DNA from: Abyssalbus ytuae
Lineage (GTDB): Bacteria; Bacteroidota; Bacteroidia; Flavobacteriales; Flavobacteriaceae
Assembly (NCBI RefSeq): GCF_022807975.1
Contig: NZ_CP094358.1
Span: 4,124,171 to 4,188,170 of the forward strand
Length of the DNA: 64,000 nucleotides
Direction of reading: 5' to 3'
In this document: positions 40,125 to 49,577 of the stretch, in pieces
Layout of the letters: each line of letters starts with the position of its first letter
How positions within the stretch are numbered: position 1 is the first letter of the stretch
Notes under the pieces: model-generated
Told to the model about the DNA's origin: nothing
Databases searched by the model: none
What the model saw: the letters and a program-made list of their open reading frames with translations, nothing else
Translations under genes and position numbers: made by a program

Positions 40125-40219
40125 TTTTTTAATTTTTTAAAATTTATATTCTTATTTTAAATCTGTCCATAAAAATTAATCTATAGACAGATTTTAATTT
40201 TTAATATTTAAGGTTACTA

Positions 40220-40345
40220 TTATTTACCTTTACTATCACTTCTGTTACTTCTCACGTGTGGCTTAACTTTTATTGTTTTACCTCCAACTTTTTTAGTATA
40301 ACCAGGAATTCTGTTGTATTTTCTACCTTCTGAATCTTTTGCCAT
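40220..40345 (-). CDS. Small highly basic protein of 41 aa with a strong Shine-Dalgarno sequence.
   Basis: MAKDSEGRKYNRIPGYTKKVGGKTIKVKPHVRSNRSDSKGK. An AGGAGGTG lies 7 nt upstream of the ATG, which is atypical for Bacteroidota host genes and suggests phage or foreign origin. Confidence 0.4.
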   Translation of the reverse strand: MAKDSEGRKYNRIPGYTKKVGGKTIKVKPHVRSNRSDSKGK

Positions 40346-40477
40346 ATTTTACACCTCCTTTCTAATTTTTTTTAATTATTTATGTAAATTGTTAACCATT
40401 AACCTTCTACATAATACTATTAACTGTAGAAAATAAAAGTTCCCCAAAATGGGGTAAAAAAAATATTTGCGATTAAT

Positions 40478-41128
40478 ATGATTATAGAAGATATTGGCAA
40501 ATTCTTTGAATCCAACTCGAAAAAACTTGATAAAATCAGTAATGTTGAATGGAAGATTGCAATCAAAAAGTGTGAGAAACATTTGTTCTTCAAGCTAATG
40601 AATAAAACAAAGTATGGAGCACATACAGTTGAAAATTTGGGAATACCAGCTAAGGATTATTATTTAGAATATGCTTATTCTAGTATAATTGATGGTTTTT
40701 GGGAATGGAAAGACAGCTTTGACCTTACTGAACAGTTAATAAGAATTATAGATAGTAGAATCTCTACAGTAGTTAAATCGTATAAAAATGCTAAAGAAAA
40801 TGATGAAAAAAGAGAAGAAGAAGGTAAATATCCATTAAAGACAGTAATAAGAAGTCAGGATATCGAAAATACATTTTATAACTTGCGGTCTGAGGACGAA
40901 ATTGATGAAACCGAGCTACTTGCAATAGAAGATGACTATAATAAAATAGAGTTATTTGTAAATGAGAGTAAGGACGATGATATTAAAACGTTTTGGGAAT
41001 GCGCAAAAGAAGGGTATAAAAGAGCTGAAATAGCTGAAATTATGGAAGTAACACCAAAACAACTAGATAAGATTAAAGAGAAATTTTTAAGGCAAACAAG
41101 AAAACAAATCGAGAAAAATGGAAACTAA
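40478..41128 (+). CDS. Hypothetical protein with a C-terminal sigma-70 region-4-like HTH.
   Basis: The C-terminus GYKRAEIAEIMEVTPKQLDKIKEKFLRQTRKQI resembles a sigma/ECF region 4. Confidence 0.35.
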   Translation: MIIEDIGKFFESNSKKLDKISNVEWKIAIKKCEKHLFFKLMNKTKYGAHTVENLGIPAKDYYLEYAYSSIIDGFWEWKDSFDLTEQLIRIIDSRISTVVKSYKNAKENDEKREEEGKYPLKTVIRSQDIENTFYNLRSEDEIDETELLAIEDDYNKIELFVNESKDDDIKTFWECAKEGYKRAEIAEIMEVTPKQLDKIKEKFLRQTRKQIEKNGN

Positions 41129-41519
41129 TAAAGCATTAAAAGCGTTAGATAATCTTTATGGTTTACTATTAGAAATGAATTACCATAAAGAACCAATAGA
41201 TTTTTTAAGTGAAATAGAGGAAGATGATGTTTTTGTTTCTAAACATTTAAGAAATGTTATGCTAAGGCGTTCTAAAACTAAAGCACTCTTAGTACAAAAT
41301 AAGTACAAAAAATTAAGAGAAGAATTTTTACGTCTTAAAGAGTATGGTTTTGAAAAATTACAAGAGCTATTGACCCCAAAAGAAAAAATAGAATTACAAC
41401 CTCTATTTAATAAATTTAAAGAGTTAGAAAAAAAAGATGAAATAGATATCAATGAAGACCAAGATTTTTTAATCTTCATTTCTAAGATTAAAGATAAAAT
41501 TGACGATGATGAATCTTAA
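41118..41519 (+). CDS. Hypothetical acidic coiled-coil protein.
   Basis: 133-aa ORF overlapping its neighbours at both ends. Confidence 0.35.
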   Translation: METNKALKALDNLYGLLLEMNYHKEPIDFLSEIEEDDVFVSKHLRNVMLRRSKTKALLVQNKYKKLREEFLRLKEYGFEKLQELLTPKEKIELQPLFNKFKELEKKDEIDINEDQDFLIFISKIKDKIDDDES

Positions 41520-42282
41520 TAAGTCTCAAGAAGAAGCAAATAAATTATTAGATTCATTAGGATGGGCAAAACCAGGAGATTTAACATTAACAGAAATTGC
41601 TTATGCCTCTAATGCAGATGTGAAAGAGTCAGACTTAGGTGGTTCAAGAGGTCGGATTTTAATGAATGGAGACTCAGCTATAATAACAATAGATTCAAAA
41701 GTCAAATTAGAATCTAAACGAAATTTTATTCTTGCTCACGAAATTGGCCATTTGATTTTGCATAAAAAAATAACGCCTCTTTTTTCAGATACTAATAAAA
41801 CACTAAGCGAATGGTATGCAAAGGGAAAACACGAAATTGAAGCAAATCAATTTGCTTCTGAATTATTAATGCCTAGCCATTTATTTAAGCCAAAAGTTAA
41901 TGGCAAAACATTAACTTTAGATTTAATTAGAGAAACTGCAGATTTTTTTGGAACTTCTCAAACTGCTACTTTATTAAAATATAAGGATTTAGGTGATTTT
42001 TCAGTTTCTATAATCTATATGGAAGATGGTATTGTACAATGGAAAACTGAATCTAACGATTTTCCTTTAAAATTTTTGCAAAAAGGGAGTAATGCTCCAG
42101 AAGGTTCTGTTGCAGGAGACTTCTTTAAAGGTAGAGACTTAGAAGAAGAGCCAATATTAGTAGATGCGATTGAATGGTTCCCTGAAGATTTTGAAATAGA
42201 GAATCATTTAACAACTGAATTGTATGAACATAATTTTAGAATAGGTTCAAACGGATTATTATGCTGTTTATGGATGCAATAA
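41500..42282 (+). CDS. ImmA/IrrE-family (DUF955) metallopeptidase.
   Basis: HEXXH motif in ILAHEIGHLILH, with a conserved ELLMP downstream. Confidence 0.65.
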   Translation: MTMMNLNKSQEEANKLLDSLGWAKPGDLTLTEIAYASNADVKESDLGGSRGRILMNGDSAIITIDSKVKLESKRNFILAHEIGHLILHKKITPLFSDTNKTLSEWYAKGKHEIEANQFASELLMPSHLFKPKVNGKTLTLDLIRETADFFGTSQTATLLKYKDLGDFSVSIIYMEDGIVQWKTESNDFPLKFLQKGSNAPEGSVAGDFFKGRDLEEEPILVDAIEWFPEDFEIENHLTTELYEHNFRIGSNGLLCCLWMQ

Positions 42283-42293
42283 TTTTATTAAAA

Positions 42294-42491
42294 TTATTCA
42301 AGTTTCCCTGTTCCATAATTAACACGCTTCTTAAAGTCAATCACTTCATCTTTTAGTTTCTTATTGGCGTTTTCAATCAATTCATTTTGAAGTTTCATAA
42401 TGCGTAACAAGTCGTGAATAGCATTTAAATTATCTAATTGAGTATATACAATTCTCTCAAGGTCAGCTTTGGTATATTTAGGATATGGCAT
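42294..42491 (-). CDS. Hypothetical small protein.
   Basis: 65-aa ORF between immA and the XRE gene, on the opposite strand. Confidence 0.3.
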   Translation of the reverse strand: MPYPKYTKADLERIVYTQLDNLNAIHDLLRIMKLQNELIENANKKLKDEVIDFKKRVNYGTGKLE

Positions 42492-42685
42492 AAAATTTGA
42501 AATAAAGTTATTAACAATAAAAATTTAAGTTTTAATTGCTTTTATGTAATTTATACTTACATAAAGTTAATTAAAACTTATGATTAAAATTTTAAAAACA
42601 CAAGTTTAGATTACTAAAATTTAATTTAAACTTATATTTTAACAAGAATGTATTTATATATTTAAAATAGAATACATTAATAAAT

Positions 42686-42892
42686 ATGGCATTAGAAAGG
42701 ATAAATAGAATAAAAGAAGTTTTAGTGATTCAAGGCAAATCTCAAGTGTGGCTTGCCGAAGAATTGGGAAAAAGTACAACCTCTGTAACTGCATTTTGCA
42801 ATAATAAATCTCAACCACATTTAAAGGATTTAAAAAGAATTGCAGAAATACTTGATGTAGATATCAGAGAGTTATTAGTTTCTACAAAATGA
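42686..42892 (+). CDS. XRE/Cro-CI family HTH regulator, paralog of 20963-21175.
   Basis: RINRIKEVLVIQGKSQVWLAEELGKSTTSVTAFCNNKSQPHLKDLKRIAEILDVDIRELLV. Confidence 0.8.
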   Translation: MALERINRIKEVLVIQGKSQVWLAEELGKSTTSVTAFCNNKSQPHLKDLKRIAEILDVDIRELLVSTK

Positions 42893-43293
42893 TTGCCTTA
42901 GAGTTTATAAAATCAGAATTAAAAAACCATAACTTAGAATTAAAACCCAAAAACGATGGGAGGGAAGGGGTTGATTTTTTTATAGAAAACTACCAAATAT
43001 ACATACAAACGCTAGATTTAGATACTATAAAACAAAGTGTTAAAATCTCAAAACAAGATTTAGGAGAACTAAAAGACAACTTGTTTATAGCTTTAGTTTT
43101 AATAATTGATAGAGAACCTAGAGTTGTCTATTTAGTACCTTCAAAGCAATTATCACAAGTTGATTCTAATGTTTTTAGGGAGAACGAAGTAACTTTAATG
43201 CCCAGTTTATCTAATTGGGAAATTAGAGTGTCAAGCAATACAATTCCAAAGTTAGCAAAGTATTCACTAGAAAATATGATTAAGGAATTGTAA
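42889..43293 (+). CDS. Hypothetical protein.
   Basis: ORF overlapping the XRE stop by 4 bp. Confidence 0.4.
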   Translation: MIALEFIKSELKNHNLELKPKNDGREGVDFFIENYQIYIQTLDLDTIKQSVKISKQDLGELKDNLFIALVLIIDREPRVVYLVPSKQLSQVDSNVFRENEVTLMPSLSNWEIRVSSNTIPKLAKYSLENMIKEL

Positions 43294-43313
43294 TAATATG
43301 AACGAGTAGGAAA

Positions 43314-44141
43314 ATGATTCCTAATATGCTTATGGTAAGAGAAAAAGGAAATAAAAGTTTTATGAACCTTTCAAAAAAAGAATGTTTAAAGGTTGCAAAA
43401 GAAACTTTTCGGAACGCAGACAGTATGTACAATGATGGAGTACATTTAGCAAAAAATGATTCATTTGGGCGAGCAACATCGTTGTTAATTTTGTCTATGG
43501 AAGAGAATATGAAGGCTCTAATTCTCTATCTGGATGGTAATGGTTTTGAATTTCGAAGTAGAGTTAAAGGAATTAAGAGCTTATTCAATAATCATAAATT
43601 AAGATATCCACTTGCTTTAGTACTTTCTGGTTTTAACATTTTCGGTAAAGATATTAAAGAGATTATTACTAAAATAAAAACAAATCCAACTGAAATACAG
43701 GCTTATATGAGAAGTAAAAATAAATGGGAAAGTCTGGCTAAGGTTTACCTTTTAAAAAAAATTAAACAATTTATTAGCGAGATATTATGGTTTTCAAATG
43801 CGGAATACCTTAGACAAGAAGGAATGTACGTAGACTATGATATTGTTATGAAAACCCCACTTGATATTAACAAACAAGATTATCAAGACGTATACTATAG
43901 GATAAATGGAATGAGGGAATTTATTGTTGATTTTTTGCCTATTTTCGATGAAAGAAATGAAGAAGGTGATTTAGAATTAAAAGCTCATTTAATAAAGTTG
44001 CAAAAAGAACTTATTTCAGAAAAAGGTTATGAAAGAATAGGAGAATTACTATCAAAATTTAATAATAAAAAACTTAATCCACTGGAAGCTCTTTTAGAAA
44101 ATGTTCAAGAGTTAGAAACTGACTTAACGGAAGATTTTTGA
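43314..44141 (+). CDS. Hypothetical protein, possibly an AbiV-like abortive-infection protein.
   Basis: The N-terminal segment AKETFRNADSMYNDGVHLAKNDSFGRATSLLILSMEENMKALILYL is reminiscent of the AbiV helical domain. This is a weak call. Confidence 0.3.
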   Translation: MIPNMLMVREKGNKSFMNLSKKECLKVAKETFRNADSMYNDGVHLAKNDSFGRATSLLILSMEENMKALILYLDGNGFEFRSRVKGIKSLFNNHKLRYPLALVLSGFNIFGKDIKEIITKIKTNPTEIQAYMRSKNKWESLAKVYLLKKIKQFISEILWFSNAEYLRQEGMYVDYDIVMKTPLDINKQDYQDVYYRINGMREFIVDFLPIFDERNEEGDLELKAHLIKLQKELISEKGYERIGELLSKFNNKKLNPLEALLENVQELETDLTEDF

Positions 44142-44194
44142 AAATATGTAAAATAGAAGCAATGAGTTTTTACCCAGATGAAGCGTTGGCAAAA

Positions 44195-44330
44195 CGGCCT
44201 CAGAAAATTTTATTCATTTCATTCTTATTGTTTTTTAAAGGAATTCATGAATCTTGAATTCGCAAGCTCATTCTGCGATTTGGTAAAAACAATCCGCCTT
44301 CGTTTCACAACTTCGGACAAGTAGGTGAGT
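44195..44330. repeat. Intergenic repeat of family R3, second copy.
   Basis: Near-identical to 26915-27050. Confidence 0.85.
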
Positions 44331-44423
44331 GTAAAGCTGTTAATTCTTTCTCCAACCTTGATTTTTTATATCTTTTTTTCTTGATAAAAAAGATATAAAG
44401 TACTTTAGCTATAAACCAACCAT

Positions 44424-45062
44424 ATGAAGAGACTTTTATTTTTTGGATTCATAATTATTTCTTTTTGTTCTTATTCTCAAATATTTGTTGATGACGTTGA
44501 TAGAGTAGCGGTTGTAGTAATAGATTATTGTGTAAATAAAAATGGTAACCGTTATGATATAACTGTCAACCAAGAAAAAAGTACTTATAAGCATGACGGT
44601 TGGCAACAAGGTTGTTTAGAGCATTTTAAAAAAGGTAAATTAATTTATCCAATGAAAATGACAGATGAATGTTGGCAATCGGTTTACTACTTTGTGAATT
44701 CAAAATATAAAACATACGAATTGCCACAAGAAGATCGTATAAAGTGTAAAGCCTTTCATCGCGGGAAATTTAAATATGAGAATCCCGCATATAGTGAAAC
44801 TATAATGAAACGACGCAAAAAAAATCAAATAGAGAAAGGGGGTTTAGGCGGTACACAAAAGTATAAAATAAAGTGGAGGGATGACCACAAGTATCAATTG
44901 GAGGCAATAAAAATGTCTTTAAAAAAGGATAAACACAAAGAAGGAAATCTGATAGAAGTTGAGATTATTGAAATTTTAAATGATAAAACATATTTATACA
45001 AGGCTTATATAACAAACGACGATAACACAGATATTGTATTCGGTTTAATAACTAAAATCTAA
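44424..45062 (+). CDS. Hypothetical secreted protein.
   Basis: Signal peptide MKRLLFFGFIIISFCSYSQ. Confidence 0.45.
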   Translation: MKRLLFFGFIIISFCSYSQIFVDDVDRVAVVVIDYCVNKNGNRYDITVNQEKSTYKHDGWQQGCLEHFKKGKLIYPMKMTDECWQSVYYFVNSKYKTYELPQEDRIKCKAFHRGKFKYENPAYSETIMKRRKKNQIEKGGLGGTQKYKIKWRDDHKYQLEAIKMSLKKDKHKEGNLIEVEIIEILNDKTYLYKAYITNDDNTDIVFGLITKI

Positions 45063-45199
45063 TTCTATTTTACATAATATTAGAAGTTCTAATTCAAAGA
45101 ATATAGTGGTAGAATGGAGAATAAAGCAAGTGTACAGAAATTTTTAGCAAGAAGCTCATGAATGCTTCGCATTTGTGTGTAAAATAAATTGTGATAACA

Positions 45200-45966
45200 A
45201 ATGGAAAAAACGTTATGTTGGTTACAGTAAAATGCGCAAGAAAACCATCAAGAAAAGACGCTCCTTAACCCGGGCTTTACTGGGCTAGTTAGGTAAATTT
45301 CTTGAATTTGAGAAAGAACTTTCCAAAAACCATTCTTTTACCTTCCCCAAGCGTTATTATAAGGCCATTGCTACAATCAAAAAAGTATACACCCAACAGC
45401 ACTTGTTGTTACCACAGGTGAAAAACCTAAAGGGCGTATAGTCAGCTTGGGTAAAAGTTACCTTCGCCCCATTGTCAGGGGCAAAGAGGTCAAATTGGTT
45501 GAGTTTGGAGCCAAAGTGCATAAACTACAGATCGACGGTATTAGTTTTATCGAACATATCAGTTTTGATGCCTTCAATGAAGGGACACGCCTGAAAAGTA
45601 CCCTCTACAAAGCACAGTCCCTGACCCATAAAAAAGTAAAAGTTTTGGGGGCTGATGCTATTTATGCCACCAACAAAAACCGGGTACTGGTCACTTGCCT
45701 TGGTATCAAAAACAGACTTCAAACCTAAAGGGAAGCCTTCAAAGCACCACAAGGAACAAGAGAAACTCAAAAAAATAATTACCAAAGAAAGGGCCTTCCG
45801 CCTGGAAGGTAGTTTTGGTAAAGAAAAAGAGCATTACCACCTGAAAAAGATCAAAGCCAAAACCAAACAAACCGAAACCCTCTGGATTTTCTTCGGAATC
45901 CACACCGCCAATGCCCTAGAGATAGGAAGGCGAATGGCCAGGAAAAGCCAACAAAAAGCGGCCTGA
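45200..45966 (+). pseudogene. IS-element DDE transposase remnant, frameshifted and 5'-truncated.
   Basis: Two overlapping ORFs in different frames, at 45447-45728 and 45655-45966. The C-terminal transposase-like tail is GADAIYATNKNR...FRLEGSFGKEKEHYHLKKIKAKTKQTETLWIFFGIHTANALEI. No inverted repeats were identified. Confidence 0.5.
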
Positions 45967-46167
45967 TTTTTAAATTTCTAAAAACTCAAGGGATACATAT
46001 GTCCTGACTATAGCAAAATCACACTAAAAACCACTGCTTCCAGAAAAAAACGAAAAGTTCAGCTAATTTTTAACAAATCAACTGAACTTTTTATTCTTTC
46101 TATTTACAAAATCAGCTTACTTCTGAAAGTGCCTAAATTCAACAGAATTTCGACTGCGTTGCTTCCA

Positions 46168-46842
46168 TTATAAATTCATATTGACATTCCCGGGTAAATA
46201 TCCTAAATTAATAAGATCACTCTCATTTTTTATTTCTCTTAGATACCCATTGCTTAGGAAAATAATTTTATCCGACACATCAAGTATATTTTGATAGTCA
46301 TGATCAGTTATGATAAAACCTTTTGAGGGCTTTTTCTCTTTAATATATTCAACTATGTAATTCTTTAAAACCGGGCTAACACCATTAAAAGGTTCATCCA
46401 ATAACACAAATTTAGATTCAGAATTAATTATTAAGAATATCTCAACGATTCTTCTTTCACCGCCGGATAGCTCATGATTTTTCTTATTTAACAAAGGTTT
46501 TAAGAAATAATTTTGCTGAAGGCTATTACAGATAGCTTCAGGCAAAAACAATTTCATCAGGCTTTTGATTTTAATATGATTGGGTAAAAAATGATGTTGT
46601 GGAAGATAATTAATTCGGTTTCTCCTGTCAGACATAGTTTTCAGGATTTCATCATCTACTTTAATAAACTGTGAATTGGGTTTTTCGCTTCCAAAAATTA
46701 TTTTCAAAAGCGTGGATTTTCCAGAACCATTTCGACCGATGAGTCCCTTTATTTCTCCTGACCTGCAAGATAAATAGATGTCACTTAATATTTTTTTATT
46801 ATTATACGATTTCGTTATGCTATCTACATGTAAAATACTCAT
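46168..46842 (-). CDS. ABC transporter ATP-binding protein.
   Basis: Walker A GRNGSGKST. Signature LSGGERRIVEI. Walker B VLLDEP. The likely start is M20 of the ORF-track ORF. Confidence 0.75.
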   Translation of the reverse strand: MSILHVDSITKSYNNKKILSDIYLSCRSGEIKGLIGRNGSGKSTLLKIIFGSEKPNSQFIKVDDEILKTMSDRRNRINYLPQHHFLPNHIKIKSLMKLFLPEAICNSLQQNYFLKPLLNKKNHELSGGERRIVEIFLIINSESKFVLLDEPFNGVSPVLKNYIVEYIKEKKPSKGFIITDHDYQNILDVSDKIIFLSNGYLREIKNESDLINLGYLPGNVNMNL

Positions 46843-47117
46843 GCTAGTATTATTAATATAATTAGATTTAAAACACCTATCAGGAATGTAGAAAGCCATA
46901 AGGAGAATTGACTTAATCCCAGATTAAAATAATAATAATATTCATTTTTATTTTTAACCTCGTAGATAAAATAGTGAGCGAATGGTGAAATAATCAGGAA
47001 ACTAAATCCAACCATATTAATTTTACTTTCAACAAAGAGTTCTAATAAAAGAGAAATAAAATATGATATAAAAAATATTTTTTTTTGAAATAGTAATATA
47101 TTCTTAAATATTCTCAA
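46839..47117 (-). CDS. Small hydrophobic membrane protein coupled to the ABC ATPase by an ATGA overlap.
   Basis: Two or three TM segments (FFISYFISLLLELF..., LWLSTFLIGVLNLIILIILA). Confidence 0.4.
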   Translation of the reverse strand: MRIFKNILLFQKKIFFISYFISLLLELFVESKINMVGFSFLIISPFAHYFIYEVKNKNEYYYYFNLGLSQFSLWLSTFLIGVLNLIILIILA

Positions 47118-47578
47118 AATTTTTAATATTTATCATTTTAGCTTTGTGCTTTATAAAATTATCCAAAAATATCTTAAGAAGAAATTGAGACATTTATTTT
47201 AAGGGTACTAGGGTTTGGAATTTATTTTTAGCAAATTATAGCATATTCTTTTCAACATAACTATAAATATTCGAAGATTTAAATTGTTAAAGTAAATTTA
47301 AAAAAAGAATAAATATTTTTATTGATACCCAATTTAAATACTTTAATTTTCTCATATAATAGATAATGTAATTCCTAAAAAAATATATATGAAAAAAATA
47401 AACTTGCTATTAGTAATCTTTTCTTTTATATATGGATGTAGAAGGTATATTGATATGATAGAAAAATTTATTAACGCTTTTGATTTTTCAAACGAAATAA
47501 CAGAAAGTCAATCTTAAATGGTCTAATGAGGGTAAAGAGAAATTTGGGTGGACAGATTATTTTGTAGTTAGTGGATTT

Positions 47579-47854
47579 ATGATGATAGGAAATGCAGTTC
47601 AAACAGAAAAAGAATTTAAGAATTTGTACACATTAAAACCACAAATTAGTCAAGACCGAGAATCTGTTGAATTGAAACAAATTGTGGTTGCTAATATGGC
47701 GAATTCAGAAGCAGATTGTGATTGTAGATGGGAGGATTATGGAACATGCCCTTTGATAGGGGGTAATTGTGTAGATGATGGTTGCGATGAAACCACTTTG
47801 GGCTGTGGATGGCTTTTATTGCAAAGTTGCGATAGAAATTGCAGATCATATTAA
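47579..47854 (+). CDS. Cysteine-rich small peptide (8 Cys in the last 45 residues), a candidate bacteriocin or RiPP-like precursor.
   Basis: ...MANSEADCDCRWEDYGTCPLIGGNCVDDGCDETTLGCGWLLLQSCDRNCRSY. A membrane thioredoxin-fold gene follows. Confidence 0.4.
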   Translation: MMIGNAVQTEKEFKNLYTLKPQISQDRESVELKQIVVANMANSEADCDCRWEDYGTCPLIGGNCVDDGCDETTLGCGWLLLQSCDRNCRSY

Positions 47855-48106
47855 AGATGCTTCTATGAGTAGCTTTGTGACCATATAGTAGTGAGTATCA
47901 CTATTTATACACAGTAGTAACGAATATAAGATATTGGCTATTAAATGATCACTATCAATGAAAAATTGTATAAAATATTCCTCGGGGTTTTTTGCTTCGA
48001 GGAATGTTTACTCGATAAACTTAGGATAAATTCTAACTTTAGTAACTTCTTCTAAAAGATATAAAATACCTTTAAAAGGGGTAACTTTAAAAGGTATTGT
48101 TTTTTA

Positions 48107-48982
48107 ATGGAAAGTTCAATTAAAGCAAACATTTTTATGAATAAACTTTCTCGTAAATCATTGATTGCTATTTCAATACTATTTTTTTATTTGCTATTTG
48201 GAGTTGTTTTTAAGGGGAAGCATGAATGGATAATTTTATGTACTTTAATAAGTTCTTTCTCTATTGCTTTTTTTCTATTTGGTAGAAAAGAGAAGGTAGA
48301 TACTCTAAATTTGTATTTGGTTTTAATACTCCCAATTACCTTGTTGCTTACAATATCTTCTTTTTTTATTGGATTTAATTATTCCATAACTTATATTGTT
48401 TTTATTCCTATAAGTGCTTTTTTTGGGTTAAAGTTTGCTTTTAACAGAAATATTCTCATCCCTGTATTCTCATTTTTATTATTTGCATTTATTTCATTTC
48501 TTCTTTTCCCAAATCTATTTGTTTATATGAATAATCATGAGGCTAGAACTAACAAACCCTATAAAAAGATTACTCTTGTTAGCAAGAATAGAGATACGAT
48601 ACAATTAGATTCATCCAAAATAATTGCCCTTGATTTTTGGACAACTTCTTGTGGAGTATGTTTCAAAAAATTTCCAAGTCTGGAAAGAAATTATCTTAAT
48701 TTTAAAAACGAAAAGAATATTGAATTTTATTCTGTCAATGTTCCTTTGGAACGAGATAAGTTCGATAAAACAGTAGATCTAGTCAAAGAGTTAGGTTATA
48801 AATTCCCCACTTTATATGCAACGTCTAGTGAAGAAGTTGAAAATTTAGGAATTAATTCTTATCCTCATTTATTGATTATAAAAAATGGTAGAGTTAGGTA
48901 CGATGGAAGATTAGAGGTAAGCAAAAGCATTTTTATATATAATATAAAAAATGAATTGAATAGACTTTTGTATGAGCATTAA
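48107..48982 (+). CDS. Membrane-anchored thioredoxin-fold (TlpA/ResA-like) thiol-disulfide oxidoreductase.
   Basis: Four N-terminal TM helices followed by a C-terminal domain with the WTTSCGVCFKKFP CxxC motif. Confidence 0.6.
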   Translation: MESSIKANIFMNKLSRKSLIAISILFFYLLFGVVFKGKHEWIILCTLISSFSIAFFLFGRKEKVDTLNLYLVLILPITLLLTISSFFIGFNYSITYIVFIPISAFFGLKFAFNRNILIPVFSFLLFAFISFLLFPNLFVYMNNHEARTNKPYKKITLVSKNRDTIQLDSSKIIALDFWTTSCGVCFKKFPSLERNYLNFKNEKNIEFYSVNVPLERDKFDKTVDLVKELGYKFPTLYATSSEEVENLGINSYPHLLIIKNGRVRYDGRLEVSKSIFIYNIKNELNRLLYEH

Positions 48983-49219
48983 GAAACCTTTATGTGAATC
49001 CCTAAATTAACTACAATTTATTACACACATGAATATTTTTATCGCTTGTAATTACGACGAAATTTAATTAAAGCTTTGAGAAATCATCATGAAGATCATT
49101 AACATGAACCATAGAATTAATTAGGCATTTTCAAACTGATTGATTTGAAGCGATTTGAAATTTTAATCAAAATTTTTAGTCTACATTTTAAAATACGATT
49201 ATGGACATTTTAAATTACC

Positions 49220-49445
49220 AACTACAATTATATCAAATACGCGGTATTCGCCGTTTTACTAAAAAACATTATTTTTGAATGATAATGTTCTTGCGTTATG
49301 TAACTTGAGCTTTGGATAAAAGCGAAAGTCCTTTCTACTATTTTTTGAAAAAATTTAACGCCTAAAGCTTCTTTTCGATGTTAATGGAACACTCTTTACA
49401 CGAAACGACAGTAGGAGAGAAGTGTAATGTGTGTGGAATGGATAA
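49220..49445. repeat. Composite intergenic repeat (families R2 + R1).
   Basis: The R2 part is caattatatcaaatacgcggtattcgccgttttactaaaaaacattatttttgaatgataatgttcttgcgttatgtaacttgagctttgg. The R1 part is ttaatggaacactctttacacgaaacgacagtaggagagaagtgtaatgtgtgtggaatgg. Confidence 0.8.
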
Positions 49446-49577
49446 GAAAAGGAAAATTTAATGACATAGCGACACCTTCTTCTTATGTTATTTGAATTTC
49501 TGTCAGTGATTTTATTAAAAATTTAAAAAATCATCAGTTGGTCTAACATTTGACCTAAAGAATTTTAAAATAAATTT

